Source: Mantamonas sphyraenae STR306 (taxonomy: Eukaryota > Protista > CRuMs). Taken from it: a stretch of 64,000 bases of DNA. Numbering within the stretch: the stretch's first letter is position 1; every line of letters begins with the position of its first letter. The position numbers and the translations under genes were made by a program. The stretch spans positions 186,001 through 250,000 of the forward strand of contig JAPMXV010000058.1 of NCBI GenBank assembly GCA_026936335.1. Reading direction: 5' to 3'. The notes under the pieces are model-generated. The model was given only the letters and a program-made list of their open reading frames with translations. It did no database searches and had not been told where the DNA came from. Of this stretch, positions 1 through 9,689 are shown one piece after another.

Positions 1-1006
1 CAAGGATCAGATCGAACGCAACCGCACGGACAAGCGAGGCTTCTACCGATGCAGTGGGTGGGATAGCACCGTGGCGAGTGTGGTAGCGTTGGAGAAGCTG
101 TGCGGTGTGTTGTGCAACAACACCAGCCTGCGTTCGTTGGAAATGGGCCTCAACAGGTTCCAGTGCACGGCCATGGTGACTCCGGTGGACTTTTTCACCA
201 CCATGTTCACACACAACCACACGCTGAAGCGACTGGTGTTCACGGACAACCTGAACCTGGCCACGCATCGCACCATGCGCGAGGTGTTCCAGGACGCATC
301 GCCGGTGGCACACGATCTGTTCCACAGCATGAGTGTGGCCGACACCCTGGAGGAGCTGCGTGTGGATGCCTGCGGCGTGTGTGACTCGGGCGTGCAACTG
401 CTTGCCAAGGCGTTGCTGTCCAACACCACCCTCCAGGTGTTGCATCTGGGCAACAACATGATTGGCAACGAGGGCGCAGACACTGTCTCCGAGCTCCTTG
501 TGCGCAACCACACCCTGCGTGCGGTGCGTCTGGGTGAGTGTGGCATCAGCGGCCCGGGCATGCGATCCTTCATCGAACGCATGCCCTACTGCTACGGCAT
601 CCAGGAGCTCATGATGGACCGCAACAACATTGGCAATGACGTGGCCATCGAGGTGGCTAACATGTGTGCACAGACATTTGTGTATCCAGACGATGATGAG
701 GATGAAGAGGAGGAGGAGGAGTTGGTCAAGGTGCGTGTTGACGACGAAGCAGGCTCTTCATCGTCGTCTTCATCCTCCTCCTCCTCCTCCACTGCTGTGG
801 AAGAGCAAGAGGCATCTGAGGAGAAGAAAACGAAGCGTGGCCAGGTGCAGCTGCGTCGTGTGGACATCCGAGGCAACCCGCTGTCTGTGCGTGCCATGGA
901 TGCCATCCGAGAGCTACTGGATGGCCTGGAGAACCCAGAGATGCATCCATTGTTGGAGTGGGATGGTGAGAGATTGGCACGTGGCCTGCGGCGGGGCACA
1001 GGGTGA
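1..1006 (+). CDS. Leucine-rich repeat (RNI-like) protein, 5'-partial
   Basis: Repeated NTTL/NHTL-x-x-L-x-L-x-x-N-x-I-G-x-x-G LRR units; the frame is open back to the window start; acidic/Ser-rich insert before the last LRR. Confidence 0.85.
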   Translation, partial: KDQIERNRTDKRGFYRCSGWDSTVASVVALEKLCGVLCNNTSLRSLEMGLNRFQCTAMVTPVDFFTTMFTHNHTLKRLVFTDNLNLATHRTMREVFQDASPVAHDLFHSMSVADTLEELRVDACGVCDSGVQLLAKALLSNTTLQVLHLGNNMIGNEGADTVSELLVRNHTLRAVRLGECGISGPGMRSFIERMPYCYGIQELMMDRNNIGNDVAIEVANMCAQTFVYPDDDEDEEEEEELVKVRVDDEAGSSSSSSSSSSSSTAVEEQEASEEKKTKRGQVQLRRVDIRGNPLSVRAMDAIRELLDGLENPEMHPLLEWDGERLARGLRRGTG

Positions 1007-1122
1007 GGTTGGGATCCGATTTGGAAATCGAGATGCGCCGCGAGACACAGAGCATTTTGCCGTGGCAGCGTGGAAGAACCTGGAGAGCGCTGAGTGAGGG
1101 AGAGAGACAGAGCAGAGAGACA

Positions 1123-2784
1123 ATGGACGATTTGAGCAATGAGATGCGGAACAAAATGGTGTTGGATGACCTGATGGATGCAGAGACGCAGAGCGAGTTG
1201 TCTGCAGACACGGCTCTGGCGATCATGGAATCGGTGATGGAAGGAGGGTACGAAGAGACACCAGAAATGCAGGTAGAGGCGATGTTGCCTGGTCTCCAGC
1301 AAGGAGCGTATGCACATGGGGACTACGGGGACGATGAGAGCGTCAGCAGTGTACATGGAGAGTCGGACGCGGGATCGTCGTCCGGCAGTTCGTTGGCAAG
1401 GCTGCACATGAGCAACCAACACGCATGGTCATCGTCCGACACAGACACACCGCAGACGGAGGTGACGACGTCATCTTCCTCCCTGTTTGAATCCCGACAG
1501 ATGTGGTCGGATGTGGATGGAAGCGAGATGGTGAGTCCGTTGTCAGACACCACGTTTGGGTCGGTGGAACTCAACCTGAAGGGGTTCATGGGTGTGTTGC
1601 AAGGCAATGACCTCGAAGAGATGGTCATGGGATTGACTGCAGACAGCGATCAGATCATTGCTTTTCGCTCGCCCGTGGCCTTGTCCGACACACCCACACG
1701 CGTTGTGCTCGGGATGGAGGGTGGTGATGGCAAGGGCAAAGGCAAGGAGGGTGGTGGTGTGGACACGTGGGAAGCAGTCAATACGTTGACGAAACGGACC
1801 AAGGTGGACGTGGAACGGGCATCGCAGGGGAAACTGAACATGGGACGTAGCCTTTGCAGACCGGCAGTGCAACGTGTGGGAGGGAGGGATCTGGTGGTGA
1901 CAGGCACAGACACGCTGATGGAGAGCCAGCCAGAGATGCTGGTGTGTGGATACATCGACGGGAACGAGGTGCGGCTGGCCGAGGTGCCACGTGAGTATGT
2001 GGATGGACCCGTGAACGACGTGGCGTGGATGGACGAGACGACGCTGGTGTTTGCATGCCACGACAGCATCTGTGCCACGTCGTTGGACGAGGGTGGGTTC
2101 TGCGAGGACACAATGATGATCCAGCAGACACACACGGATGCAATCCGAGAGATTGCGGTGCAGGGAACGCGTGTGCTGTCGGGTGGCCATGACAAGATCC
2201 TGGCCATCACAGACATCAGCGAGGCGAACGAACAGAGCGTGAATGGGTCGGGCAACATCAACGACGTCATTACGGCGTGGGACATTGAACAGGTGGTGGG
2301 CAGTGTGTCATGGTTGCCCAATGGCAGCGCAAATGTCGCCTGCACCACCGATCTCGGCTCCTTCTTCATCTGCGACCCGCGACTGCCTCCCGAACATCAC
2401 CACGCCTTTGTGTATTCCACCTCGCGCACTCATTTGTTTTCGCATGCGTTTCTGGATGAGTTTACTGTTGCGCTTGGGTATGGGGGAGAGGATGCTCACT
2501 TCAGTTTAATCGATGTTCGCAACGGCCAAGTGATCACTGGAAACGCCGACCCCTCCCAAACGCAGCTCGGCGACATCCAATACTACCCAGAGACGTCGCA
2601 AATGATCACCATGGGAGCACCCGGACTGACAATGTGGAGTCTGAACGCAGAGGAGGAGCTGATCAGCGAAAAGTGGCGCTGGCATCCAGAGAATGTCGAG
2701 TCGACCTATGCTGTGCTGTATGGCGACCATTTGGTGTGCACCGACAGCAACTCCAACATTTTCCTGCTGCACAGCGACGTGTAG
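1123..2784 (+). CDS. WD40-repeat protein with acidic disordered N-terminus
   Basis: WD-like repeats (HTDAIREIAV...VLSGGHDK, ITAWD, ICDPR, LIDVR); likely ATG at 1123 (MDDLSNEM). Confidence 0.75.
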   Translation: MDDLSNEMRNKMVLDDLMDAETQSELSADTALAIMESVMEGGYEETPEMQVEAMLPGLQQGAYAHGDYGDDESVSSVHGESDAGSSSGSSLARLHMSNQHAWSSSDTDTPQTEVTTSSSSLFESRQMWSDVDGSEMVSPLSDTTFGSVELNLKGFMGVLQGNDLEEMVMGLTADSDQIIAFRSPVALSDTPTRVVLGMEGGDGKGKGKEGGGVDTWEAVNTLTKRTKVDVERASQGKLNMGRSLCRPAVQRVGGRDLVVTGTDTLMESQPEMLVCGYIDGNEVRLAEVPREYVDGPVNDVAWMDETTLVFACHDSICATSLDEGGFCEDTMMIQQTHTDAIREIAVQGTRVLSGGHDKILAITDISEANEQSVNGSGNINDVITAWDIEQVVGSVSWLPNGSANVACTTDLGSFFICDPRLPPEHHHAFVYSTSRTHLFSHAFLDEFTVALGYGGEDAHFSLIDVRNGQVITGNADPSQTQLGDIQYYPETSQMITMGAPGLTMWSLNAEEELISEKWRWHPENVESTYAVLYGDHLVCTDSNSNIFLLHSDV

Positions 2785-2794
2785 GACTGTGAAA

Positions 2795-5700
2795 TCAGCT
2801 GAATGCAAACCCGGTTCCTCCCTCTTCAATGGCCAGCCGTAGCTTGGCAGCAAGGGTGTCTGCGTCGGTGTAAGCGGGCAGTTTGACCATGTTGAAGCAG
2901 GTGGATGCCGAGGGCAGCTTGTCGACGTCGGGCACCTTGTGCACCGTCAGCGGCGGCTCAAACACATACTGCAAGGGTGCACGTGCACACCCGGTGGCAA
3001 ACAGCAGAAAGGGTCCTGTCAGGTCTGGTTCGTCATGCAGTAGTTGCCACAGGGCCTGCACCACAGGATGGGAGTCATCGTAGCCTTGTGCGTATTGCAC
3101 CACATTGCGCAGCGCGTCCACGTCGTACGTCTCCTGTCCACACAGGATGAGTTCCAACTCTTCCTCGGTGAGCATGTGCACCATGGAACTTGGCACGATG
3201 TCGGAGAAGCCACGGCATAGGGCAGCGAGCTCCCGTTCGGCCTCTCGTGTCAATTTGTACTCCACCAACAGGTCCAGATACTCCAGTTTGTTGGCATTGG
3301 TCACTGTGCGATGTGCCCCACCCTTGCACAGCTCGATTTCCTCACCCTGCTCGTTGGTGATGCTGAAGCGCTCGTCCAGGATGCCCTCGATGTCGTTGTC
3401 ACGCACCCACAGGATCTGATTGTCATATACGTGGCGGTCGATGGTGCGTATGTCGTGGTAGGACAGTGCGCGCCCCAGCAGCCGCTTGTAGACAAAGCGG
3501 GACAAGCGTGCGTCGAGCAACTCGCCCTCCAGCATGCACTTGGCCATGAACCGTCCTGCAAACTCAAAGTACCGCAGCAATCGTGCATTGCCTCCGCCTG
3601 CATGTGCCTGTGGAAAGTAGCGTCCGTCGTCCGAGCGTGCAAACAGTTGCTGGTGTGTGAACAGTTCCCGCGATAGCAGTGTCACAAACTCACGTCGCAC
3701 ACCCTTGATGTCCAGCGCCTCTTCGTTGGCAAATGTCACCTTCCACTTGCGCAGCAACTCGGCGCGCTTGCGTTCGCCAAACGCCGCGTACGACGATTTG
3801 AGCAGCCGGGTGCGATCGATCTCCCAGTGATCCACGGGGTCGGTGGGCGACAGATGCAGTTTGATGTACGCTCGCTTGATCTGCAGGTCAAACAACACGG
3901 GTACTCTGCGAAAGAGAACCTGGTGTGCCGTGGCTGTGGAGGAGGATGAGGATGAGGACGACGAAGACGACGATGATGACGCACCGCTCGCTTCCAATCC
4001 CATCACAAGGGACATGTCACGTGCATAGTGATCGGTGAGCCATGTGGCATAGAAAGCATGCGTGGGCATGTACTGCCAGGCTTGGTTGCGGCGCAGGAGG
4101 GCGTTGAGGAGCTCCAGGAGCATCAGACAGCGAGGATCCGTACGCACGAGCTTGGCTGATGCATCGTCGCTGGACGCAACTGTGTCCAGCAACGAGGCGA
4201 GTGCATGGTGACAGAACGCAACGATGGCGTCCAGATGCTCCTGTGTGAGTGCAACATGGGTGTAGAACACATCGTCTGGGATCACACGCACCAGCTGCGC
4301 CAGCATGGCCACCTTGACATGGTTGTTGTTCTTTGCAGTCTGCATACCCAACCATCGCCAGGCATCTGCATCGCGTGTTTGACCGCTGGCCGCTGCCATG
4401 CGTGCAATCACTTCCGAAGCGAGTTGGCTGCTGATCACCTGCATCAGGTGGCTGTTGCTCTTGCTGCCACCTCCCTGCACACGCACTCTGCTCATCGCGT
4501 CCATCAACGTGCGTGCGCGCAGCAGCTGCAACGATGTCTCGGCGAGCCAGATCCCATCGGCATCCACACGCAGTTGGACCATGCGGCTGCACCACAGCAG
4601 GGCGTCCATGTTGCTCATGGCATGGAGTGTGTCCCCATCACGCACAGACACGTACTCCTCGCTCTCCACGGATCCTGGTTGCATCCATTCGGCCAGTGTC
4701 TCCCAACGCCCGTCCTGTGTCTCTTTGTGCTTGCGAAGCACCATCGAGAGGAACCCACCGGCCACAAGTGTATGCCTGGGCCCCTGGCCCTGTGCACATG
4801 CCACCAGACAGTCCACGAGTGTCTCGAGTGCGTCTGTGTCTTGCAACGGGGCAGCGGACGACGCGTACTCGTCAAACAGCGCGTCTGCGTCACGGTCTCC
4901 ATACACACGTGCTGCGCTTTGCCACAGAGCCCATGTGAGACCCATACTATGTGCCTGTTGCACATTTGCAGTCGCCAGCGCGTGCACTGCCTGAAGGAGA
5001 GGCACTGCAGGAGTCGGCGGGGTTCCCGGGTGCATCACACGCTGGCCAAACAGCGTCCACAGCGGTTCGTGATTCATCAGCACATCCACAGATGCGGTGT
5101 CTCCCTGAGCCAGGTGCTGCACCGTCTCTAGGGCATATGCCGGTTGGACGCCAGCTTCGATCCACTCGCACAGGCCCGCCACTACATCCTTGGACACTGC
5201 TTCGTCTTGAATCTGCACACAGTCAGCCACAGACGCTGCCAACTCGTCGTGGTCCACGCCCAGGGACAGCAACCATGCAGCCAGCGTCCGATCAGCCACA
5301 GGCAACGCGAGGTCCTCTGGAAGCACATCCAGAAGCTCCACAGGCAGCACTGCGTCGTGCCAATGACACAACGCGGCAAGGAAAGACGTGGCATCCTGTG
5401 CACTCCATGGCAGATGCGCCAGTTCGGCGATCCAATCCCGCAAACCAACAGGCACACCTGCTTCGTGCTGTTTCAGGTTATCCATCGACGCCTGAAACGC
5501 CTCCATCACGCGTACCATGTGTGCATCGTCGCTCAGGCGTCCGCTGTACATGCATGCCTCGTGCACCATGGCGTATGCGAGTGCGGTGTGGCCGCGTTCT
5601 TCCATGTTGTCCATGCCCACCACTGCCTCCCATAGCTTCACCAGCGCCTGTTCTGTTGGTTGTCTCTCTGTCACAAGGGCATCTGCATCTTCCACATCTG

Positions 5701-8700
5701 CGGCTGCCTCGTCCACAAGGGAGCGCACGTCGGTGTGATCTCCGTCGCCGTTCGCAATGTCACCAGCCACACGGAGCATGCGTGTTGCAAGGCTCTCGTC
5801 GCCCGTCTCACTCGTAGGTGCACGCAGCATCTCACACAGCTGCGCGTGTTCCTCTGTCTCGGACGACACCAGATGCAACATCCGTTTGGCAAGCAACGCA
5901 TCCTCCAACGCCACAGCCATGTGAGCTACGTATGAGTGTGGACACAAATCATCCTGGAGCACATCTACGAGTGCCTCGTGTGTGTTGGCACCAGTCTTTG
6001 TCAATGCTTGTGCAGCTTCGGATGCGTCGATGTGGGCCTTGGCAAGCAAACGCAGCGCTGTGCCTTCGATTGCGCCCGTATGCATCACAGCCGCCGCCAA
6101 ACCACTTGCTTCCACGTCCCACGACCCAGTGTCGTGCAATGCGTGCAGGGCATCCAGCGCAGCTGCGCGCACTGTGTCATCGGCCAGCAAATCGATCATC
6201 CGTGCAGCCAACGCGTCACCATCGTCCAAACGCCCCATCTCTGCACACGCATACGACACCATGGCCACATGGAGAGATTTGTCGCGGAGGAGGCCACCCG
6301 CAGGCAGCAGAATTGACTGCAACGCAGCAGACGCTTCTTCTGATTCGCCAACATGCATCTCCAGCAACGCACGCACAGCCAATGCACCCTCCACATCCAT
6401 GTCATGTGCACAACACACAGCCAGTACCTGTACAAAGAGCACGCACACATTGTCGATGCCGCTCTTGGGTTGCCAAAGACGCAACAGACGCTCCAACGCC
6501 ACATGCATGCTTGTGTCTTCTTCATCATCCTCAGCATCATGTGCATCCATCACTTGCAACACATACTCTAGCCCCACGAGTGTCTCGCGCGGCTGCAGCG
6601 ATTTGCAGCGCATCAGTTGGAGCAGATGGGGCGACGGGACGGATTCCGCCAATTTGCTCAGCCAGGGGCCTTCCACGCGCACCTCGCTCAGATCCATGGC
6701 TTCCCTGTGCTGGCTCGCATTGTCGCCCAACCCACGCCAGCTGGCCTGTACACTGTCCCCGTCGTCACACATCATCAGCAGCGACCTCAGCAACGGCTGC
6801 TCACGCACATCGTCTCGCCGCGCACGCAGTGCATCCGGCAACGTCACTCGCGCTTCCCATGCAAACAGTGTCAGCAACGCCATGTGAAGCTCGTCCGTAG
6901 CATCCTCCTGCACATTGGCGAGCTGACGCAACACAGCTTCGAGAGCAGTCAACATCGCGTCGTGGTCGTCATCCGCCACATCCTCGCCGCCATTGGCTGG
7001 CATGTGAATGCAATCGACGGCCTGAAGCGGTTCCAGGAGCAGATTATGTGCTTGGACGGCGTGCAGCAGCACAAACTGTACAATTGGCAGGTGTTGCGCC
7101 ACCTGCGTGCTACCCAATGCCTCCAACCACGCCTCTGTGTGTCTCTCCAGCATGGTCACTTCATGGTGTGCTGCGTACTCCAACACAGCTGCACCGAGGC
7201 CATCCATCGCCTTCTGCACGTCACGTTCCTGCGACGCACGTTCAAACCCACCGCAGCTGTGCATCACGACCACATGTGCCACAGCACGCACTTGGTTGCT
7301 GTCCAATCCGTCCCAGGGCATCGCTGCAGGCGACAGCACGCTTGCACATGATGCCACGGCCCATCCCACGGCTTCCAACGCGCGCGCCTCTTTGTACCAC
7401 CCCCGTTCGCGCCTGCCACTGCTTGCAGGTGTGTTTGACGCCGATGCACTGGTTACGCTCATGTCTGCGTCGCTGTGCAGGAGCAGCTGGAGCAGCGGGT
7501 GTCCCAGCTGCGCCAGCACCAGTGATGGTTGCAGGTATCCCGCCTGTAGTGCGCTGTACAACCCCTGCAGGGCATCCACCTGTTCCCGTGCATACATGCG
7601 CACAGGGAGTGCACATACATGCGACAAGGCGTCGACGTAGTCCTGTTGCCTGCTGCTGTCCTGCGATTCCTGAACACGTGCAGCCAGCCCCTGCAGCACA
7701 GGTTTCACATTGGCACGCACATCCAACGCCACGCGGTAATACTCCACAGACGTACGCCAAGACGACACTCGTGCCTGCCACTCCTGCACAGCCACCTCCA
7801 GACTGTCGATTGTCGCTTCCTGACTCGCCACAGTTTGCTTCAAACTCCTTTCCTGCTCCTCCAGCCTCTCCAGACGTGACTTGAGCGCCTCCTTGCCATC
7901 CAACATGGCCTTCAGTGCACCTTCCCTCTGCCTGATGGCCTCTCCGGCCTCCATGGATTCCTGCAGCATGGCCCTGACTTCGCTCACCTCCTTCTTGGCC
8001 TCCTGTGCCCGCTTCCGTTCCCGTTTCTCTCGCTTCTCTGCCTCCTCCGCCTTTGCCCGTGCCTCTTTGGCCTCTTTGGCCGCCTCACCATGCTTGCGTT
8101 GCCACTGCTCCGCGGCCTGGGCGTTTGCTTCATACGACGCCTCGGCAATGGACAACGCATACTTCAAATCGTCACGTTCTGTGCGCATCTGTTCCAACAA
8201 ACCCTGTGTTTCCTGTCGCTGCTTCCTCTCTGTGCGTAGTTTGCTCTCCATGCCCCGCAATCGCTCCACTTCGGCGCGTAGTTCATCCACCTCGTTCCGC
8301 AGCACTTCTCGCTCGCTGTGCAGCAGTGTGATGTCCACAGCGTTCACCTCCTTGTTTGTGTCCACCTCCCTGTGTGTATGTTCTCCCGTCTCTGTCTCAT
8401 CCTCCTCTTCCTCATCCTCGTGCTCGTCTGCCACCGATCCGGGCAGCGTCAACGCGCGAGGCGTTTTGGGCAGCGGCTCCAGCGTTCCCGCGTGCCTGTG
8501 CGCCACAGGACTGCTTTGCATGACATGTACGTCATCCTCATCGTCGCTCTTGTGACCCAGATCTTCCGTGACATCCATGGGATCGTCGTCGTCGTCGTCG
8601 TCGTCGTCTGCAACGGGACTCATCAGTGGGTTGATCTCGCTCTCACTCGTTTCGTGGGTGCTGGGCTGCACCATGAGCACACGTCCACCATGATTGGCAC

Positions 8701-8827
8701 TGTGTGTGCGTGTGCGTTGCCACAGTCGCCACAGAAGCACCCACGACACCACCAGCAGTGTGGAGACCACAACAAGCGCCACTCCCGTCCCATCCATCGC
8801 GCGTTGGCGACGCGGTCGCTCTGCCAT
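2795..8827 (-). CDS. Large HECT-domain E3 ubiquitin ligase with N-terminal transmembrane helix and coiled coil (~2010 aa, apparently intronless)
   Basis: C-terminal HECT motifs (F..EEALDIKGVRREF, FLLFATG, LPSASTCFNMVKLPAY with catalytic Cys, terminal GFAFS); hydrophobic VALVVVSTLLVVSWVLLW near the N-terminus. Confidence 0.92.
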   Translation of the reverse strand: MAERPRRQRAMDGTGVALVVVSTLLVVSWVLLWRLWQRTRTHSANHGGRVLMVQPSTHETSESEINPLMSPVADDDDDDDDDPMDVTEDLGHKSDDEDDVHVMQSSPVAHRHAGTLEPLPKTPRALTLPGSVADEHEDEEEEDETETGEHTHREVDTNKEVNAVDITLLHSEREVLRNEVDELRAEVERLRGMESKLRTERKQRQETQGLLEQMRTERDDLKYALSIAEASYEANAQAAEQWQRKHGEAAKEAKEARAKAEEAEKREKRERKRAQEAKKEVSEVRAMLQESMEAGEAIRQREGALKAMLDGKEALKSRLERLEEQERSLKQTVASQEATIDSLEVAVQEWQARVSSWRTSVEYYRVALDVRANVKPVLQGLAARVQESQDSSRQQDYVDALSHVCALPVRMYAREQVDALQGLYSALQAGYLQPSLVLAQLGHPLLQLLLHSDADMSVTSASASNTPASSGRRERGWYKEARALEAVGWAVASCASVLSPAAMPWDGLDSNQVRAVAHVVVMHSCGGFERASQERDVQKAMDGLGAAVLEYAAHHEVTMLERHTEAWLEALGSTQVAQHLPIVQFVLLHAVQAHNLLLEPLQAVDCIHMPANGGEDVADDDHDAMLTALEAVLRQLANVQEDATDELHMALLTLFAWEARVTLPDALRARRDDVREQPLLRSLLMMCDDGDSVQASWRGLGDNASQHREAMDLSEVRVEGPWLSKLAESVPSPHLLQLMRCKSLQPRETLVGLEYVLQVMDAHDAEDDEEDTSMHVALERLLRLWQPKSGIDNVCVLFVQVLAVCCAHDMDVEGALAVRALLEMHVGESEEASAALQSILLPAGGLLRDKSLHVAMVSYACAEMGRLDDGDALAARMIDLLADDTVRAAALDALHALHDTGSWDVEASGLAAAVMHTGAIEGTALRLLAKAHIDASEAAQALTKTGANTHEALVDVLQDDLCPHSYVAHMAVALEDALLAKRMLHLVSSETEEHAQLCEMLRAPTSETGDESLATRMLRVAGDIANGDGDHTDVRSLVDEAAADVEDADALVTERQPTEQALVKLWEAVVGMDNMEERGHTALAYAMVHEACMYSGRLSDDAHMVRVMEAFQASMDNLKQHEAGVPVGLRDWIAELAHLPWSAQDATSFLAALCHWHDAVLPVELLDVLPEDLALPVADRTLAAWLLSLGVDHDELAASVADCVQIQDEAVSKDVVAGLCEWIEAGVQPAYALETVQHLAQGDTASVDVLMNHEPLWTLFGQRVMHPGTPPTPAVPLLQAVHALATANVQQAHSMGLTWALWQSAARVYGDRDADALFDEYASSAAPLQDTDALETLVDCLVACAQGQGPRHTLVAGGFLSMVLRKHKETQDGRWETLAEWMQPGSVESEEYVSVRDGDTLHAMSNMDALLWCSRMVQLRVDADGIWLAETSLQLLRARTLMDAMSRVRVQGGGSKSNSHLMQVISSQLASEVIARMAAASGQTRDADAWRWLGMQTAKNNNHVKVAMLAQLVRVIPDDVFYTHVALTQEHLDAIVAFCHHALASLLDTVASSDDASAKLVRTDPRCLMLLELLNALLRRNQAWQYMPTHAFYATWLTDHYARDMSLVMGLEASGASSSSSSSSSSSSSSTATAHQVLFRRVPVLFDLQIKRAYIKLHLSPTDPVDHWEIDRTRLLKSSYAAFGERKRAELLRKWKVTFANEEALDIKGVRREFVTLLSRELFTHQQLFARSDDGRYFPQAHAGGGNARLLRYFEFAGRFMAKCMLEGELLDARLSRFVYKRLLGRALSYHDIRTIDRHVYDNQILWVRDNDIEGILDERFSITNEQGEEIELCKGGAHRTVTNANKLEYLDLLVEYKLTREAERELAALCRGFSDIVPSSMVHMLTEEELELILCGQETYDVDALRNVVQYAQGYDDSHPVVQALWQLLHDEPDLTGPFLLFATGCARAPLQYVFEPPLTVHKVPDVDKLPSASTCFNMVKLPAYTDADTLAAKLRLAIEEGGTGFAFS

Positions 8828-8845
8828 TGCAAACCCACCTCTATC

Positions 8846-9661
8846 ATGGCTGACGACGACGGACTCACACCTGTGTTTGTGGAAGTGAAGGACAAGGAGG
8901 TGAGTGACATGATTGCCCCGCAGTGCACACGCGACGTCTGCCTGAGCGCTGGCAGCTTTGTTGGTCATCTGGCTCTTTGGCGCGAAAACAAGTGGCCGTC
9001 ATACGCAGCACACGGAGCCATATGCGCCTGGAAAACCACACCCACGTGTGCATTGCTGCGGTGCAGTGACTCACATCCTACTCATGTGTGTGTCTGCATT
9101 TCCCCACAGGCGTTCTACGAGCTGCAGGAGGAGATGCGCGCCACGCAGAAGAACCTGAACCAAGCCCACCAGTCGTTGGCGCTTCGTGAGCGTGCCAAAC
9201 GCCGCATTGAGCTGACGGTGGCCGAGGTTGGCGCCCTGCCCGACGATGTGGTCACGTACAAGAGTGTGGGTAGGTTTGCACAGCCACGCATACGTGCCCC
9301 AGGCAGCCCAAACACAGCAGCCGTTTCCTCCCGTTTTGCCAAGTGTGTGATCACGCGCTGCCCCTCCCCACACCACCACGCTCCGGACACAGACGACACA
9401 CACACACACACACACGAGCACATCCGCACGGCCTGCTGACACACCATCCCTGCGCACGCACGCACTGGTGCAGGCAAGATGTTTATGCGTGTGGAGAAGC
9501 CCAAGTTGCTGGGGCAGCTGGACGACGAGGCCAAGCAGATGGACGCACACATTGAGGATGTCAAGGAGCAGGTCACCTACTACGAGGAACAGGCCAAGAC
9601 TCAGAACGAAAAGATTGACAAGCTGGTGGTGCGTCACGATGCCCCTCCCGCCGAACAATGA
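8846..9661 (+). CDS. PFDN1: Prefoldin subunit 1 (3 exons: 8846-8899, 9110-9269, 9474-9661)
   Basis: Spliced product AFYELQEEM...RRIELTVAEVGALPDDVVTYKSVGKMFM; in-frame GT-AG introns at 8900-9109 and 9270-9473. Confidence 0.85.
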
Positions 9662-9689
9662 GGATGATGGTTTCCATTTCCTCTTCCTG

